This document shows, piece after piece, positions 63,568 to 64,000 of a DNA stretch of 64,000 bases. The position numbers and the translations under genes are program-made. Below the pieces are notes generated by a model. The model searched no databases. It saw only the letters and a list, made by a program, of their open reading frames with translations, and was not told the DNA's origin. The stretch covers positions 19,399 through 83,398 of the forward strand of contig CAZTCF010000001.1 in assembly GCA_964612685.1 (NCBI GenBank), in the 5' to 3' direction. Every line of letters begins with the position of its first letter. Positions within the stretch are counted from its first letter, which is position 1. This stretch comes from Candidatus Woesearchaeota archaeon (GTDB lineage: Archaea; Nanobdellota; Nanobdellia; Pacearchaeales; GW2011-AR1).

Positions 63568-64000
63568 ATGAAAAAAAAGGTGAAAAGGTTAGATATTTCT
63601 AATAGGCTTTTCTATAGTTTAATTGTATTTGCTGTTTTTATTGGGTTGGCAGTAGGGGTTTTTGCTGCGAGTCCAACAAGTAAACCTGATCCGGGGCATG
63701 ATTATAATCAGGTATATTTAGGTCCAATACATATAACTGCGGATACTGGAAATGTGGGTATTGGCACTACTAGTCCATCCTATAAACTTCACGTTATTTC
63801 TAGTTCTGGTAATGCAATTAGGGGGGATGGAAGTACGGGGGTTTATGGCACAGGTACTTATGCAGCTGTGGAGGCTTGGGGAGGTAGTTATGGTTTAATT
63901 GCTTATGGTAATTCCTATGACATTCGTTCTCTGAATACAGGAATACAATTTCCAGATGGCAAGATACAAAGAGTATCTGCTGCACCTGGCACAGGGGGAA
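63568..64000 (+). CDS. secreted/anchored protein, partial, with tail-fibre-like GIGTTSPSYKLHV motif
   Basis: Own translation gives MKKKVKRLDISNRLFYSLIVFAVFIGLAVGVFAASP...GNVGIGTTSPSYKLHVISSSGNAIRGDGS... It is open to the window end. Confidence 0.5.
   Translation, partial: MKKKVKRLDISNRLFYSLIVFAVFIGLAVGVFAASPTSKPDPGHDYNQVYLGPIHITADTGNVGIGTTSPSYKLHVISSSGNAIRGDGSTGVYGTGTYAAVEAWGGSYGLIAYGNSYDIRSLNTGIQFPDGKIQRVSAAPGTGG

Overview
This is a very AT-rich, gene-dense 64-kb segment from what looks like a small-genome archaeon, probably DPANN-like (an inference, not computed). Archaeal information-processing genes dominate: L44e, S3Ae, the L1-P0-P1 operon, L15e, FtsY/SRP54, TFE, TBP, MCM, a GINS-like and an RPA32-like protein, ATP-dependent DNA ligase, aIF1A, aIF2-beta, tRNA splicing endonuclease EndA, GatD/GatE, deoxyhypusine synthase, Taw3 and FtsZ. 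Several tRNA-related enzymes instead carry motif patterns I recognise as bacterial-type: LeuRS, a short AlaRS, a single-domain TGT, MnmA and DisA. I saw no rRNA, CRISPR array, transposase, integrase or recognisable defence island, so most of the window is ordinary housekeeping. There are six tRNA genes. Val and Ser carry long canonical bulge-helix-bulge introns. The most unusual signal is that the other tRNAs Thr, Asn and Ile (but not Arg) are each preceded, 6-11 nt upstream, by a 56-62 nt element. Each element starts with a copy of that tRNA's own first 20-26 nt and continues into a hairpin with a TAAC loop. Asn and Ile share a 21-nt block in the element, and its single difference covaries with the D-loop of the cognate tRNA. 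For Thr and Asn, TATA-like boxes sit at promoter distance from the copy, not from the functional tRNA. Secondary points are listed here.
- FtsY and a neighbouring winged-helix protein share a 31-aa peptide module.
- DisA is translationally coupled to a DHH/DHHA1 phosphoesterase.
- A two-gene cassette interrupts gatD-gatE.
- A pilin-signal surface protein carries cysteine-rich repeats.
- Two further surface proteins share a Cys/Trp module.
- One protein is a membrane-anchored AlbA_2/Schlafen-like protein.
All calls come from reading the sequence and the ORF translations. No database search, folding program or statistic was run.
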